NCBI GenBank assembly: GCA_963706445.1
Contig: OY970160.1
Location: forward strand, 1,088,001-1,152,000
Direction: 5' to 3'
DNA length: 64,000 bases
Origin: an uncultured Nitrososphaerales archaeon
Lineage (GTDB): Archaea; Thermoproteota; Nitrososphaeria; Nitrososphaerales; Gagatemarchaeaceae
Part shown: piece after piece, positions 48,039 through 57,259 of the stretch
Layout of the letters: every line of letters starts with the position of its first letter
Numbering within the stretch: position 1 is the stretch's first letter
Program-made: the position numbers and the translations under genes
Notes under the pieces: generated by a model
Database searches by the model: none
The model's input: only the letters and a program-made list of their open reading frames with translations
What the model was told of the DNA's origin: nothing

Positions 48039-48429
48039 GTCTTTCTCGCAGTTCTGGGGAGAAGGGTACCGTACTTCCATGCTTGTTCATCAGAGCATGT
48101 ACGGTATGCCCTGTGGCCAGGAGCTTCATCTCGGGGAGCTTGTAGACCTCGTTCTCGAAGCGGATGCTCTTATTGCCTATGGACGCGATCTTCGTCTTCA
48201 CAAGAATCACGTCGTCGAAGCGGGCTGACGCCTTGTAATCGGCGTGGGCCTGTACTACGGGGAACTGGATCTCGCGCTTAACCCATTCAGAATAGCCGAA
48301 ACCGATGTCCCGCAGAAGTCCGACTCTACCCACCTCCAGCCAAACCAGGAATTTCGCGTAGTACACGACCCCCATGGTGTCGGTCTCCTCGTAGCGGACA
48401 CGGAGCCTCTGCTCATGCCAGCTTCCCAT
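48025..48429 (-). CDS. acyl-CoA thioesterase (YbgC/4HBT family)
   Basis: RVRYEETDTMGVVY. Confidence 0.9.
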   Translation of the reverse strand: MGSWHEQRLRVRYEETDTMGVVYYAKFLVWLEVGRVGLLRDIGFGYSEWVKREIQFPVVQAHADYKASARFDDVILVKTKIASIGNKSIRFENEVYKLPEMKLLATGHTVHALMNKHGSTVPFSPELRERLTSS

Positions 48430-48507
48430 GGCTGACCGGAGGTTTCTAGCTTCTTTAACGTGACGAGCGCAGTAGAGTTATTACAATCACGAGTTGGCCT
48501 TCGACTC

Positions 48508-49284
48508 ATGGGGTATGAAACGATACTGACCTCAAAACTGGGCAACGTTGGCATTATCACCCTTAACAGACCCCAGGCAATGAACGCTCTGAGCACCAAG
48601 CTGGTCGCAGAGATGATCTCTGCCCTGTCGGAATTCGAGAAGGACGACGAGGTGCGGTGCCTCGTGATAACAGGGAGCGAGCGCGCGTTTTCTGCGGGAG
48701 CTGACATCAAGGAGATGGCCGACATGACGGCGGTCCAGATGACGATGACAGGGCACTTCTTCCCGCTCTGGGACAAGGTGGGGAGGTTTCCGAAGCCCAT
48801 CGTCGGGGCGCTGAGCGGTTTCGTACTCGGAGGAGGGCTTGAGCTGGCGATGAGCCTAGACGTCCTTGTCGCTTCAGAAACGACCCAGCTCGGGCAGCCG
48901 GAGATCGACATCGGTGTCATGCCGGGGGGTGGGGGGACGCAGAGGCTCACCAGGGCGGTCGGGAAGTACAAGGCGATGGAGATGATTCTGACTGGGAAAA
49001 GGATCGGAGCGGAGGAAGCGAAGACCCTGGGGCTTGTGAGCAGGGTAGTCCCGAAGGAGGCGTACCTCCTGGAGGCGATGAAGGTCGCCTATGAGATAGC
49101 TTCGAAATCGCCGGTCGCCATCAGGCTCGCGAAAATGGCGGTGAACAAGGCCTTCGAAATGGGTCTGACCCAGGGAATCGACTTCGAAAGGGAGCTGTTC
49201 TACCTCCTCTTCGCGTCCGAGGACAAGGAGGAGGGCATGAAGGCCTTCATGGAAAAGAGGAAGCCGGAATTCAAGGGAAAGTAG
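48508..49284 (+). CDS. enoyl-CoA hydratase (PaaF-like)
   Basis: LNRP.AMNAL, AGADIKEM, GGG.E, GQPE, GGTQRL. Confidence 0.92.
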   Translation: MGYETILTSKLGNVGIITLNRPQAMNALSTKLVAEMISALSEFEKDDEVRCLVITGSERAFSAGADIKEMADMTAVQMTMTGHFFPLWDKVGRFPKPIVGALSGFVLGGGLELAMSLDVLVASETTQLGQPEIDIGVMPGGGGTQRLTRAVGKYKAMEMILTGKRIGAEEAKTLGLVSRVVPKEAYLLEAMKVAYEIASKSPVAIRLAKMAVNKAFEMGLTQGIDFERELFYLLFASEDKEEGMKAFMEKRKPEFKGK

Positions 49285-49285
49285 G

Positions 49286-50080
49286 ATGGAGCACGAGACA
49301 GTCAAGGCAGAGCTCAATAACGGGGTGGAATGGATCTGGCTCAACAGGCCGGACAAGCTCAACGCCTTCAACGAACAGATGGGAGACGACCTTCAGGAGG
49401 TCCTGAAGGAATCCGAAAGGAGACCCGACGTGAGATGCCTGGTGCTCACCGGGGAGGGAAGAGCGTTTTCGGTAGGCGAGGACCTGAGCACGAACAGGGC
49501 GACCTACGACAGCGGAAAGCCGATGTTACTGGGCGAGGTCATCAAGAAAAAGTACAACCCCATAGTGGGCAGGATCAGGAGGATGGAGAAGCCGGTCATC
49601 GCGGCGGTTAATGGGGTGACAGCCGGCGCGGGGCTGGGGCTAGCTCTCGCCTGTGACCTAAGGGCCGCGTCAGACAAGGCGACGTTTCATGAAGCGTTCA
49701 TCAAGGTGGGACTCGCGCCAGACTCGGGGACGAGCTTCTGGCTGACGAGGATCCTAGGGCTGGGCAAGGCGTTGGAGATCGGAATGCTCGGAGAGCCCAT
49801 TGACGCTACGAGGGCGTTTAACCTGGGGTTGGTCAACTGGGTCTTCCCGGAGGGCGAGCTAATGATGCAGGTCACCAAAATAGCCGAGAAGCTTGCGAAG
49901 GGACCGACGAAGGCCATCGGCTTGACCAAGCGGGCCATGAACAGGGCGGTGGTCGTCGACATGGACTCCTCGTTAGAGTACGAGATGTATCTTCAGGACA
50001 TAGCCGGGAGGACGAAGGACCACATCGAAGGGGTCAAGGCGTTCTTCGACAAACGAGACCCGAACTTCATAGGCGAGTAG
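49286..50080 (+). CDS. enoyl-CoA hydratase/isomerase (PaaG-like)
   Basis: YNP, GAG.GLALACD, F.KVGL.PDSG (Asp rather than Glu). Confidence 0.85.
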   Translation: MEHETVKAELNNGVEWIWLNRPDKLNAFNEQMGDDLQEVLKESERRPDVRCLVLTGEGRAFSVGEDLSTNRATYDSGKPMLLGEVIKKKYNPIVGRIRRMEKPVIAAVNGVTAGAGLGLALACDLRAASDKATFHEAFIKVGLAPDSGTSFWLTRILGLGKALEIGMLGEPIDATRAFNLGLVNWVFPEGELMMQVTKIAEKLAKGPTKAIGLTKRAMNRAVVVDMDSSLEYEMYLQDIAGRTKDHIEGVKAFFDKRDPNFIGE

Positions 50081-50129
50081 GAACCCAGCCCCAGCAAAGA
50101 AGATAAGCGGCAGGCAGCCGTGGCATCCC

Positions 50130-51329
50130 ATGAAAGCGGAGGTCGTCGTCATCGACGCAGTAAGGACCCCCATAGGAAAGTATGGCGGGATCCTGAAGTC
50201 GGTGCGTCCAGACGACTTGGGTGCGCTCGTCCTGAGGTCCGTGTTGGCAAGGTCGAAGGTCGATGCGTCATCGATAGACGACGTGTATTTCGGCTGCTCC
50301 AATCAGGCCGGAGAGGACAACAGGAACGTGGCAAGGATGGCGACCCTGTTGGCGGGGATGCCCTACTCCGTGCCCGCAGCCACAGTGAACAGGCTGTGCG
50401 GTTCGGGATTGGAGGCGGTGAACTCCGCGGCCAGAGTCATAATGTCTGGGGAGGGGGAGGTCTTGGTGGCTGGCGGTGTGGAGAGCATGACCAGGGCGCC
50501 TTTGGTCATGCTGAAACCAGAGACCGGCTACAAGAGGGGGACCGAGACCCTGGTCGACTCCACCATAGGATGGCGCTTCGTGAACCCGGCTTTCCCCCGG
50601 GACTACCCTTCCATCTCGATGGGCGAAACGGCCGAGAACCTGGCCGAAAAATACAAGATTGACAGAAGGGCACAGGACGAGTTCGCATTAGAGAGCCACC
50701 GAAAAGCGGTGGATGCCAGGAAAAAGGGGAGGTTCGACGATGAGTTGGTCCAAGTGAAGACCCCCGAGAATCCCGAGGGGGTCGGTGCGGATGAGGGGCC
50801 CAGGGAAGATACTTCGATGGAGAAGCTTGGGGAACTCAGGCCTGCATTCCGGAAGGACGGGACAGTTACCGCAGGGAACTCATCGGGGATCAACGACGGA
50901 GCTGCGGCACTTGTGCTCATGAGCTCCGAAAGGGCGGATAAGTTGGGGTTGAAACCAATTGCCAGGTGCATCGGGTCTGCGACCGCTGGTGTCCATCCGA
51001 GCTACATGGGCATTGGACCGGTTTTTTCGACAAGAAAGCTCATTGCGGGGATAGGAATAAGCTTGGACGAATTCGGAGTCGTAGAGCTGAACGAAGCGTT
51101 CGCGGCCCAGGTCTTGGCCTGCGTGAAAGAGGAACCAGGATTCGACCTGAAGAAGATGAACCCCAACGGGGGCGCGATCGCTCTGGGTCACCCTCTCGGT
51201 TGCAGCGGCGCCAGGCTCGCCACAACTCTAGTCCACCAGATGAAGCGGACCGGGACGAGATACGGCCTGGCCACCATGTGTATCGGGGTTGGGCAGGGAA
51301 TCTCGGCGGCCTTCGAGCTCGTGAAGTAA
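50130..51329 (+). CDS. thiolase (PaaJ/PcaF 3-oxoadipyl-CoA thiolase-like)
   Basis: NQAGEDNRNVARM, NRLCGSG, NEAF, GHPLG, CIGVGQG. Confidence 0.92.
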   Translation: MKAEVVVIDAVRTPIGKYGGILKSVRPDDLGALVLRSVLARSKVDASSIDDVYFGCSNQAGEDNRNVARMATLLAGMPYSVPAATVNRLCGSGLEAVNSAARVIMSGEGEVLVAGGVESMTRAPLVMLKPETGYKRGTETLVDSTIGWRFVNPAFPRDYPSISMGETAENLAEKYKIDRRAQDEFALESHRKAVDARKKGRFDDELVQVKTPENPEGVGADEGPREDTSMEKLGELRPAFRKDGTVTAGNSSGINDGAAALVLMSSERADKLGLKPIARCIGSATAGVHPSYMGIGPVFSTRKLIAGIGISLDEFGVVELNEAFAAQVLACVKEEPGFDLKKMNPNGGAIALGHPLGCSGARLATTLVHQMKRTGTRYGLATMCIGVGQGISAAFELVK

Positions 51330-51353
51330 GGGTTATGACCGACCCGGAAGCAG

Positions 51354-52826
51354 GTGAGCGGAGCCTTGCAAGCTGAGACTGTACCGAACTACGAGATGTT
51401 CATCGACGGCGCCTGGGTCCCGTCTCATTCAGGGAGGCACTACCCTGTGTTCAACCCGGCCAAGGGGCAGGTGCTGGCTCATGTCCCGAAGGGGGACTCG
51501 GAGGACGTGATGATGGCGGTAGACGCAGCACGAGAGGCTTTCGAAGACCCGGCGTGGAGGGGGATGGACCCGAGCAAGAGGGGGAGGCTCCTGAATAAAG
51601 TCTCACAGCTCCTAAGAGAAAGGCTGGCTGATTTCGCGAAGCTCGAGACCCTGAACAACGGCAAGCCGCTGGGACAGGCGAAGGGGGACATCGCGATGTC
51701 AGCGAGACATTTCGAGTATTTCGCAGGGTTGGCCGACAAGATTCAGGGGAGCACCATCCCCGTCCCGGGGAACCGGCTCGACTACACCGTCAAGGAGCCA
51801 TTGGGGGTCACAGCCCACGTCGTCCCGTGGAACTACCCTCTGGTGATGGCAGCCAGGAGCATAGCCCCAGCGCTTGCTGCCGGAAACACCGTCGTCGCTA
51901 AGCCTGCCTCATTCACCCCATTGACTCTGCTGAAGCTCGCCGAGCTCTGCAAGGAGGCGGGTTTCCCGGACGGAGTGGTCAACGTCGTTACCGGCGGAGG
52001 GGACGACGTAGGAGGCACCCTGATCAAGCACCCAGACGTGAGGCTGACCACTCTCACAGGCTCCGTGGAAACGGGAAGGAAGGTCATGGAGCTCGCATCC
52101 AGCAACCTGTCCAAGGTCGTGCTTGAGCTGGGAGGAAAGAACCCCCACATCGTGTTCTCCGGCGCTGATATTGAAAAGGCGGCCAAGGCAGTGCTGAACG
52201 GGATCTTCACGAATGCCGGGCAGATGTGCTGGGCAGGGTCGCGGCTCCTCGTGGAGGCTAGCGTGAAGGACGTCCTCCTGGAGAAGCTTGTCAACGGTGC
52301 GAACGCGATGAAGCTTGGAGACGGCCTCCAGCCCGACACCACCATGGGGCCCTTGGTGGCGGATTCGCAGAGGAAGAAGGTCGCAGGATACGTCGAGATA
52401 GGTAAGGGCGAAGGTGCAAAAATAGCCGCGGGGGGCGAGGCTCCACAGGCTGATGAGCTGAAGGCCGGCTACTTCTATCGGCCTACGATACTCGACGGGG
52501 TGACTCAGGACATGAAGGTCGCTAGGGAGGAGATATTCGGCCCCGTGCTTACGGTGACGACATTCGACGGACAGGATGACGCGGTAGCGAAGGCGAACGA
52601 CGCGGACTACGGGCTTTGGGCGGGCGTCTGGACGAAGGACCTCCGTAGGGCTCACACAGTCGCGGCGAAGATCGAGGCGGGCATCGTCGCGGTCAATGAG
52701 GAGCCGACAACGTTCCCGCAGACGCCCTTCGGGGGCTTCAAGATGAGCGGCAACGCATCAGAGCAGGGGATGGACGCAGTGAACACCTACGTGCGCGTGA
52801 AGAACGTCTCAGTGAACCTGGACTAG
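51354..52826 (+). CDS. aldehyde dehydrogenase
   Basis: PWNYP, LELGGKNP, NAGQMC, EEIFGP. Confidence 0.95.
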   Translation: MSGALQAETVPNYEMFIDGAWVPSHSGRHYPVFNPAKGQVLAHVPKGDSEDVMMAVDAAREAFEDPAWRGMDPSKRGRLLNKVSQLLRERLADFAKLETLNNGKPLGQAKGDIAMSARHFEYFAGLADKIQGSTIPVPGNRLDYTVKEPLGVTAHVVPWNYPLVMAARSIAPALAAGNTVVAKPASFTPLTLLKLAELCKEAGFPDGVVNVVTGGGDDVGGTLIKHPDVRLTTLTGSVETGRKVMELASSNLSKVVLELGGKNPHIVFSGADIEKAAKAVLNGIFTNAGQMCWAGSRLLVEASVKDVLLEKLVNGANAMKLGDGLQPDTTMGPLVADSQRKKVAGYVEIGKGEGAKIAAGGEAPQADELKAGYFYRPTILDGVTQDMKVAREEIFGPVLTVTTFDGQDDAVAKANDADYGLWAGVWTKDLRRAHTVAAKIEAGIVAVNEEPTTFPQTPFGGFKMSGNASEQGMDAVNTYVRVKNVSVNLD

Positions 52827-53356
52827 CCTCTCCAGATGTCTTCTTTGGACCCTGCCTGCTTGTTCGCCCATCGGGAGAGGTTGAACAAGTACGAAGAAAG
52901 CCGGTTGAAGAAGGGTAGAAGCTCCGAGTTCATCTCGTAAGACTTCGAGGCTGCCACGATCCTTCTTTCGGCCCGCCTGCAGACGGACCTTGCGACCTGA
53001 AGCGCAGCCCCGGTCTGGGAGCCTCCTGGAAGGATGAAGTTGCTCAAAGAGGGGAGCTTGCCGAGCAGCTCGTCGGTCATCCTCTCCACCTTGGAGGTGT
53101 CCCCTGGCCCTATCCTGGGGACCTTTTGAAGCCCTTCCAGGTCTGCGGCGGCGTCCGCCCCCGCGACGAATAGCAACTTCTGGATTTCTCTCAATGACCC
53201 CCTGAGGGATTTCGACTTCGATTCTGAGATTACGAATCCTAGCACGCTGTTGAGCTCGTCGATGGTGCCGTAGGCCTCGACCCTCAGGTCGTCCTTGGGG
53301 ACGCGTTTCGACCCGTACAGCCCAGTCTCCCCTTTGTCTCCCCTCCGCGTGTACAA
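52823..53356 (-). CDS. ATP:cob(I)alamin adenosyltransferase (PduO type)
   Basis: YTRRGDKGET, YGTIDELNS, FILPGG, RRAER, NRLS. Confidence 0.93.
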   Translation of the reverse strand: MYTRRGDKGETGLYGSKRVPKDDLRVEAYGTIDELNSVLGFVISESKSKSLRGSLREIQKLLFVAGADAAADLEGLQKVPRIGPGDTSKVERMTDELLGKLPSLSNFILPGGSQTGAALQVARSVCRRAERRIVAASKSYEMNSELLPFFNRLSSYLFNLSRWANKQAGSKEDIWRG

Positions 53357-53558
53357 CGTAGGTCCGCCGGGAGGGCGAATTATTAACGATGACAGGAGTC
53401 AGGAGGACCATAGCCCCATAGATTCTCTATGGGGATTCTTTGGGTCAACCGATTTGGTATCCCTTGCCAATTCTTTTCCAGTTGGAACTTTCTTATGCTA
53501 AGGAACTAGCAAGGCGGAGGCGAGTTATATAACGACGTTCGAGCCAGAAGAAGTCCAT

Positions 53559-53948
53559 TTGTTCACACCGCAGGAGGCGTCAAGACTTCTTCCGGACATC
53601 AAGCCGAAGGTAAAGGAACTCATCGAGCGCAAGAAGGCAGTGGCGAAGCTTCACGACGAGATCGAGAAGTACAACCTGTTCGGCTTCAGGACCGCCGAGG
53701 TGGCTGAGAAGGCGGCACAGCTAGACGCCCTCGTAGAGGACATGACAAGGAAGATCTCCGAGCTGGAAGACCTCGGGGTCGAGGTGAAGGACCTGGAATA
53801 CGGCCTCGTCGACTTCCCAGCTGAAAGGTACGGAGAGAGCGTGATGCTCTGCTGGCGCTATGGGGAGCCCGAAGTGGCGTTCTGGCACAAGCCGGACGAC
53901 GGCTACAGCGGCAGGAAATCTCTGAAGCTGCAGCTGATCCAGCCCTAG
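53559..53948 (+). CDS. DUF2203 family protein
   Basis: FT..EA..LLP, VKD...GLVDFP, LCWRYGE..V.FWH....G..GR. Confidence 0.85.
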   Translation: MFTPQEASRLLPDIKPKVKELIERKKAVAKLHDEIEKYNLFGFRTAEVAEKAAQLDALVEDMTRKISELEDLGVEVKDLEYGLVDFPAERYGESVMLCWRYGEPEVAFWHKPDDGYSGRKSLKLQLIQP

Positions 53949-54814
53949 CCAGCGAGGAGCCTCTTCGCGTTGGCCGTGAGGAGTTTGTCTCCAACACCCG
54001 GTTTCAGCTTCGGGGCCAGGCTAGTCCTGTAATCGTCCATCCACTCCATGTGCCTCAGCATTGGGTAGTCGGTGCCGAACAAGAACCTGTCCTGCAGAAT
54101 GCCGTTCAGGTACGGCAATACCGACGGAGGGATGTACTTTGGTTTCCAACCGGAAACGTCGATGAAAACGTTGGGGTTCCTGAGCGCGATCGCTATCGCC
54201 ACCTCGGGCCAAGGCCAGCCGAAGTGAGCCATGACCACCTTCAGGTCGGGGAAACTCTGGCACACCTCGTCCACCAGCTCTGTCTTGCTGTACTTGATCT
54301 CGCAGTCCCCCAGGCCGGTCGTTCCAGTGTGGAAGAGGATCGGCAGGCCCTCTTCTTGACAGAACTCGTAGATTGGGAACATAAGCTTCCTGTCGTTGAT
54401 ATAGACGGAGTTGGCGCTACTGTGGACCTTCAGACCCCTCATCCCGAGCGTTTTGACAGCCCGCTTGAGTTCGGCGAGCGCCTGTCTCCCTGAGTTAGGG
54501 TCCACTCCAGCAAAGGCGACCAGCCTCCCTTTGGACTTCGACGCGATCCTTGCCACCTCGTCGTTTCTGAGCGTGTAGCTCTTGAAGGCGGGGTTCCTTG
54601 TCGCGTGGGTATCCTGGCCGAGGATCACGGCCCCTGCCACGCCTGCCTCGTCCATCTCATCCAAGATCTGGTCAGAGGTGGCGGGGAGCTTTGAGACGTC
54701 TAGCTTGAAGAAATCACACGCTTTCATTATCGGTCCGTTCTTCTTCATGAAAGCCTTGGTCCACGGGTGGACATGGACGTCGAACGACATTCGAGACCGC
54801 CTCATGGGCAACAA
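53945..54814 (-). CDS. amidohydrolase 2 family protein
   Basis: DVHVH, GLK.H, FHTG, AHFG.P, FGTDYP. Confidence 0.9.
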   Translation of the reverse strand: MLPMRRSRMSFDVHVHPWTKAFMKKNGPIMKACDFFKLDVSKLPATSDQILDEMDEAGVAGAVILGQDTHATRNPAFKSYTLRNDEVARIASKSKGRLVAFAGVDPNSGRQALAELKRAVKTLGMRGLKVHSSANSVYINDRKLMFPIYEFCQEEGLPILFHTGTTGLGDCEIKYSKTELVDEVCQSFPDLKVVMAHFGWPWPEVAIAIALRNPNVFIDVSGWKPKYIPPSVLPYLNGILQDRFLFGTDYPMLRHMEWMDDYRTSLAPKLKPGVGDKLLTANAKRLLAG

Positions 54815-54852
54815 TCATTAACTTTTTTTGGTGGTCCTTTGGGCGCAGACCC

Positions 54853-55329
54853 ATGAAATCGACCACAAAGGAACTCGCCGTGGGGGACCGAGCGCCGGAC
54901 TTCGAGATCTCTTCCACCGCCGGGAAGCCGATCAAACTGAGCTCATTGAAAGGGAAGAAAGTTGTGTTGTACTTCTATCCAAAAGACGACACCACTGGGT
55001 GCACAATAGAAGCGTGCGCATTCAGAGACAACCTGTCGAAGTTCGACGGAATGGACGCCGTCATCCTCGGAGTTAGCAAGGACTCCCTCGACTCGCATGC
55101 CAAGTTCATCGGCAAGTATTCTCTCAACTTCACTCTTCTCAGCGACGGGGACGGGGTGGCCCACAAGTTGTACGACACCTGGAAGCTGAAGAACAACTAC
55201 GGCCGGAAGTACTGGGGGACCGAGAGGTCGACCTTCGTTATCGGGACGGATGGGAAGATCAAGAAGATCTTCAGAAAAGTGAACCCCCAGGGGCATGAGG
55301 CCGAAGTCCTTGCGGCCCTAGAGGCCTAG
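54853..55329 (+). CDS. bcp: peroxiredoxin Bcp
   Basis: YFYPKDDT.GCT.EAC, ERSTF. Confidence 0.95.
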   Translation: MKSTTKELAVGDRAPDFEISSTAGKPIKLSSLKGKKVVLYFYPKDDTTGCTIEACAFRDNLSKFDGMDAVILGVSKDSLDSHAKFIGKYSLNFTLLSDGDGVAHKLYDTWKLKNNYGRKYWGTERSTFVIGTDGKIKKIFRKVNPQGHEAEVLAALEA

Positions 55330-55341
55330 GATCATAGCAAC

Positions 55342-56055
55342 TTGGGCTCGTTTTTCGCGGGAGTAAAAGCAGGGACGCTGGGAGGCATAGTGTACGTTGG
55401 AGGCATGGCCATCTTCAACGTCATACTCCTCTATGCTCTCGAGCCCCAAGTCAACGCCCTGATAACGAACCAGTACTACAGCGTCTGCACCAGCGGTTCA
55501 ACCATCGCGCAGTGCTTCGGCTCGGTGATCTCCGTCGACGTCCCCTACGTTGCTTTCGTAGCTTTCTTCATCGCCCTGATCTACTCCGGGGTCTTCGGCA
55601 TGTTCTACGACTCCTTGCCTGGCAGGACGTACCTTTGGAAAGGGGAGTTCTTCGCAGCCATCATAGGCGCGAATCTAGCCATCTTCGGGTTCTCGGGGTT
55701 CTACTTCTCCACAGAGTCGACCATCGCCACCAGCGCGTTCGTCATAGGATGGACCGTTGTGTTCGGCTATTTTCTGGGAGTCCTCTACAGGAAGTACACG
55801 AGGGTCATTCAGATCTCCAGCGAGAACCCCGCCCTCCTGAAGGTCTTCGTAGACCAGAGGGACGTCACGGGGAAGACGAGGACGTTCGCCGCGACTTCTA
55901 GCCACAAGATCAGGGGGGAGGTGGCGAGCGATGCGTCTTTCAAAGAGTGGGCGGCAAACGGTGGGATCACACTGGAAGACCCGAGGTCCTTCGACACCAC
56001 ATTCGAAGTAACCGGAGATGGGACCTTGAGAGGAAAGGTCGGCACTAAGTATTAG
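55342..56055 (+). CDS. hypothetical membrane protein with soluble beta-rich C-terminal domain
   Basis: Four hydrophobic segments, then F.EW...GG...DP....T. Confidence 0.7.
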   Translation: MGSFFAGVKAGTLGGIVYVGGMAIFNVILLYALEPQVNALITNQYYSVCTSGSTIAQCFGSVISVDVPYVAFVAFFIALIYSGVFGMFYDSLPGRTYLWKGEFFAAIIGANLAIFGFSGFYFSTESTIATSAFVIGWTVVFGYFLGVLYRKYTRVIQISSENPALLKVFVDQRDVTGKTRTFAATSSHKIRGEVASDASFKEWAANGGITLEDPRSFDTTFEVTGDGTLRGKVGTKY

Positions 56056-56076
56056 CCAAATGCCGTATTGTTGAAT

Positions 56077-56466
56077 CTATGGGTGATTCTCCTTGACCGT
56101 TGCATCGCGGTTGATTGCCTCTTCAAGCATCGCTAACCACTTGTTCTGACCCTGAATCCCGACTCCCGCGACCTGTGCGGGAGTCTGCCCATCCAAAGCC
56201 TGATGAGGCTTGACGAAATTGTAGTGAATCCTCGCTCCTTCCGCGAGAGGGGTCTTCATGGTCTTCCACCCTCTCTGAACCTTGACCCGTTCCCTCAGAG
56301 TCCCGTTGAGCCGTTCTATGCGGTTGTTGTTCGAGTCCTTTTTCCTGACCCCTGCCTTTGCTATGTGATTGATTCCTTCCCTGAAAGCCTGTCTGACCGC
56401 TTCGGGATAGCCCCTCAGAGCGTCCGTGTAGATTCGTTCAGGTTCCGAACCCTTCGAGGCCTTCGT
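56077..56466 (-). pseudogene. DDE transposase (IS6-like) C-terminal remnant
   Basis: Frame reads PERIYTDAL.GY...NNNRIERLNGTLRER...HYNFVKPH.AL.G.TPA; N-terminal half and first Asp are missing. Confidence 0.88.
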
Positions 56467-56537
56467 TCAGCCAACCACGCCTCGTGGTCGGCTCTCTCGT
56501 CAGCGTCCAATTCGTAGCGGAGTTGTTCTGTGCTCAT
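56415..56537 (-). CDS. small chimeric ORF at the deletion junction (MSTEQLRYELDADERADHEAWLAE...)
   Basis: ATG about 25 nt downstream of a TATATA box; runs out of frame into the transposase remnant. Confidence 0.35.
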   Translation of the reverse strand: MSTEQLRYELDADERADHEAWLAERRPRRVRNLNESTRTL

Positions 56538-56540
56538 ACC

Positions 56541-56595
56541 TGACGGTATATTACTGCCAGTATATACGAGTTTACTTGACGGTAATATCCCATCA
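56541..56595. promoter_or_regulatory. two 19-bp imperfect palindromes (TGACGGTA-N3-TACCGTCA-like) in a divergent promoter
   Basis: 56541-56559 TGACGGTATATTACTGCCA and 56577-56595 TGACGGTAATATCCCATCA; TATA boxes at about 56561 and 56605. Confidence 0.6.
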
Positions 56596-56629
56596 GGGAA
56601 GGAGTTTATATACTGTTAATATGATACCG

Positions 56630-56818
56630 ATGGGTATGGAAATCACGCTCAAAGGATGGAAGTGCGAGAGGTGCGGTCATGCGTGGGTTCCCGTGTCCAC
56701 GGAGAAGCCCCGTGTCTGCCCCAAGTGCAAGTCCCCATACTGGGATACACCGAGACGTTCCGAGGTTGGAGCGAAGTCGGTCAGGGAGCAAAAAGTCAGG
56801 GAAGGGAAGGTCAGATGA
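56630..56818 (+). CDS. small Zn-ribbon protein, putative DNA-binding regulator
   Basis: CERCGHAW.P....P..CPKCKSPYW..PR. Confidence 0.8.
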   Translation: MGMEITLKGWKCERCGHAWVPVSTEKPRVCPKCKSPYWDTPRRSEVGAKSVREQKVREGKVR

Positions 56819-57258
56819 ACGGGAAACCCAAGCGAGCCTTCACCAAGTCGGACGACTACGCCACCGTCCACGCGGACGGGGTGATAGTGCAGAACACGGT
56901 CTCTGACTCCCGTCTCGTCTTCTACCAACGGGAGTTGGAGCCTGACGATTCCAAGGAGAAGTTCACGACCGACCCAGAGCGCATCACCTTGAAGTTCGAA
57001 GTCAGAGTTCCGCGCTTCATCCTCTATGGCCTTGCGAAGAACATCGAAGCCGACACTACATTCAGGGGCGAAGTCGGGAACCTATCGCGGGACGCTGATG
57101 AAGACCGCGAAGTGCTCGAATCGTGGAACGCCCTGACGGACAAATTGGACAGGGTGGTGCTCGACGATGAAGGCAAGGACATCGGCGACATCCACCGCGC
57201 GGACTTGAAGGCAGAATACGACAGGCTCGCAGGCCACAAACGAAACAGGGCGCAGTAA
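56815..57258 (+). CDS. passenger protein, DUF3467-like
   Basis: ATGA overlap with the upstream gene; Y..VHADG.......D.RL.F...EVRVP pattern. Confidence 0.55.
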   Translation: MNGKPKRAFTKSDDYATVHADGVIVQNTVSDSRLVFYQRELEPDDSKEKFTTDPERITLKFEVRVPRFILYGLAKNIEADTTFRGEVGNLSRDADEDREVLESWNALTDKLDRVVLDDEGKDIGDIHRADLKAEYDRLAGHKRNRAQ

Positions 57259-57259
57259 G

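Noticed and set aside
56055-56065. 11-bp target duplication GCCAAATGCCG
   Set aside because: The extra matching bases belong to the TIR termini; 8 bp fits both the TIR alignment and IS6 behaviour.
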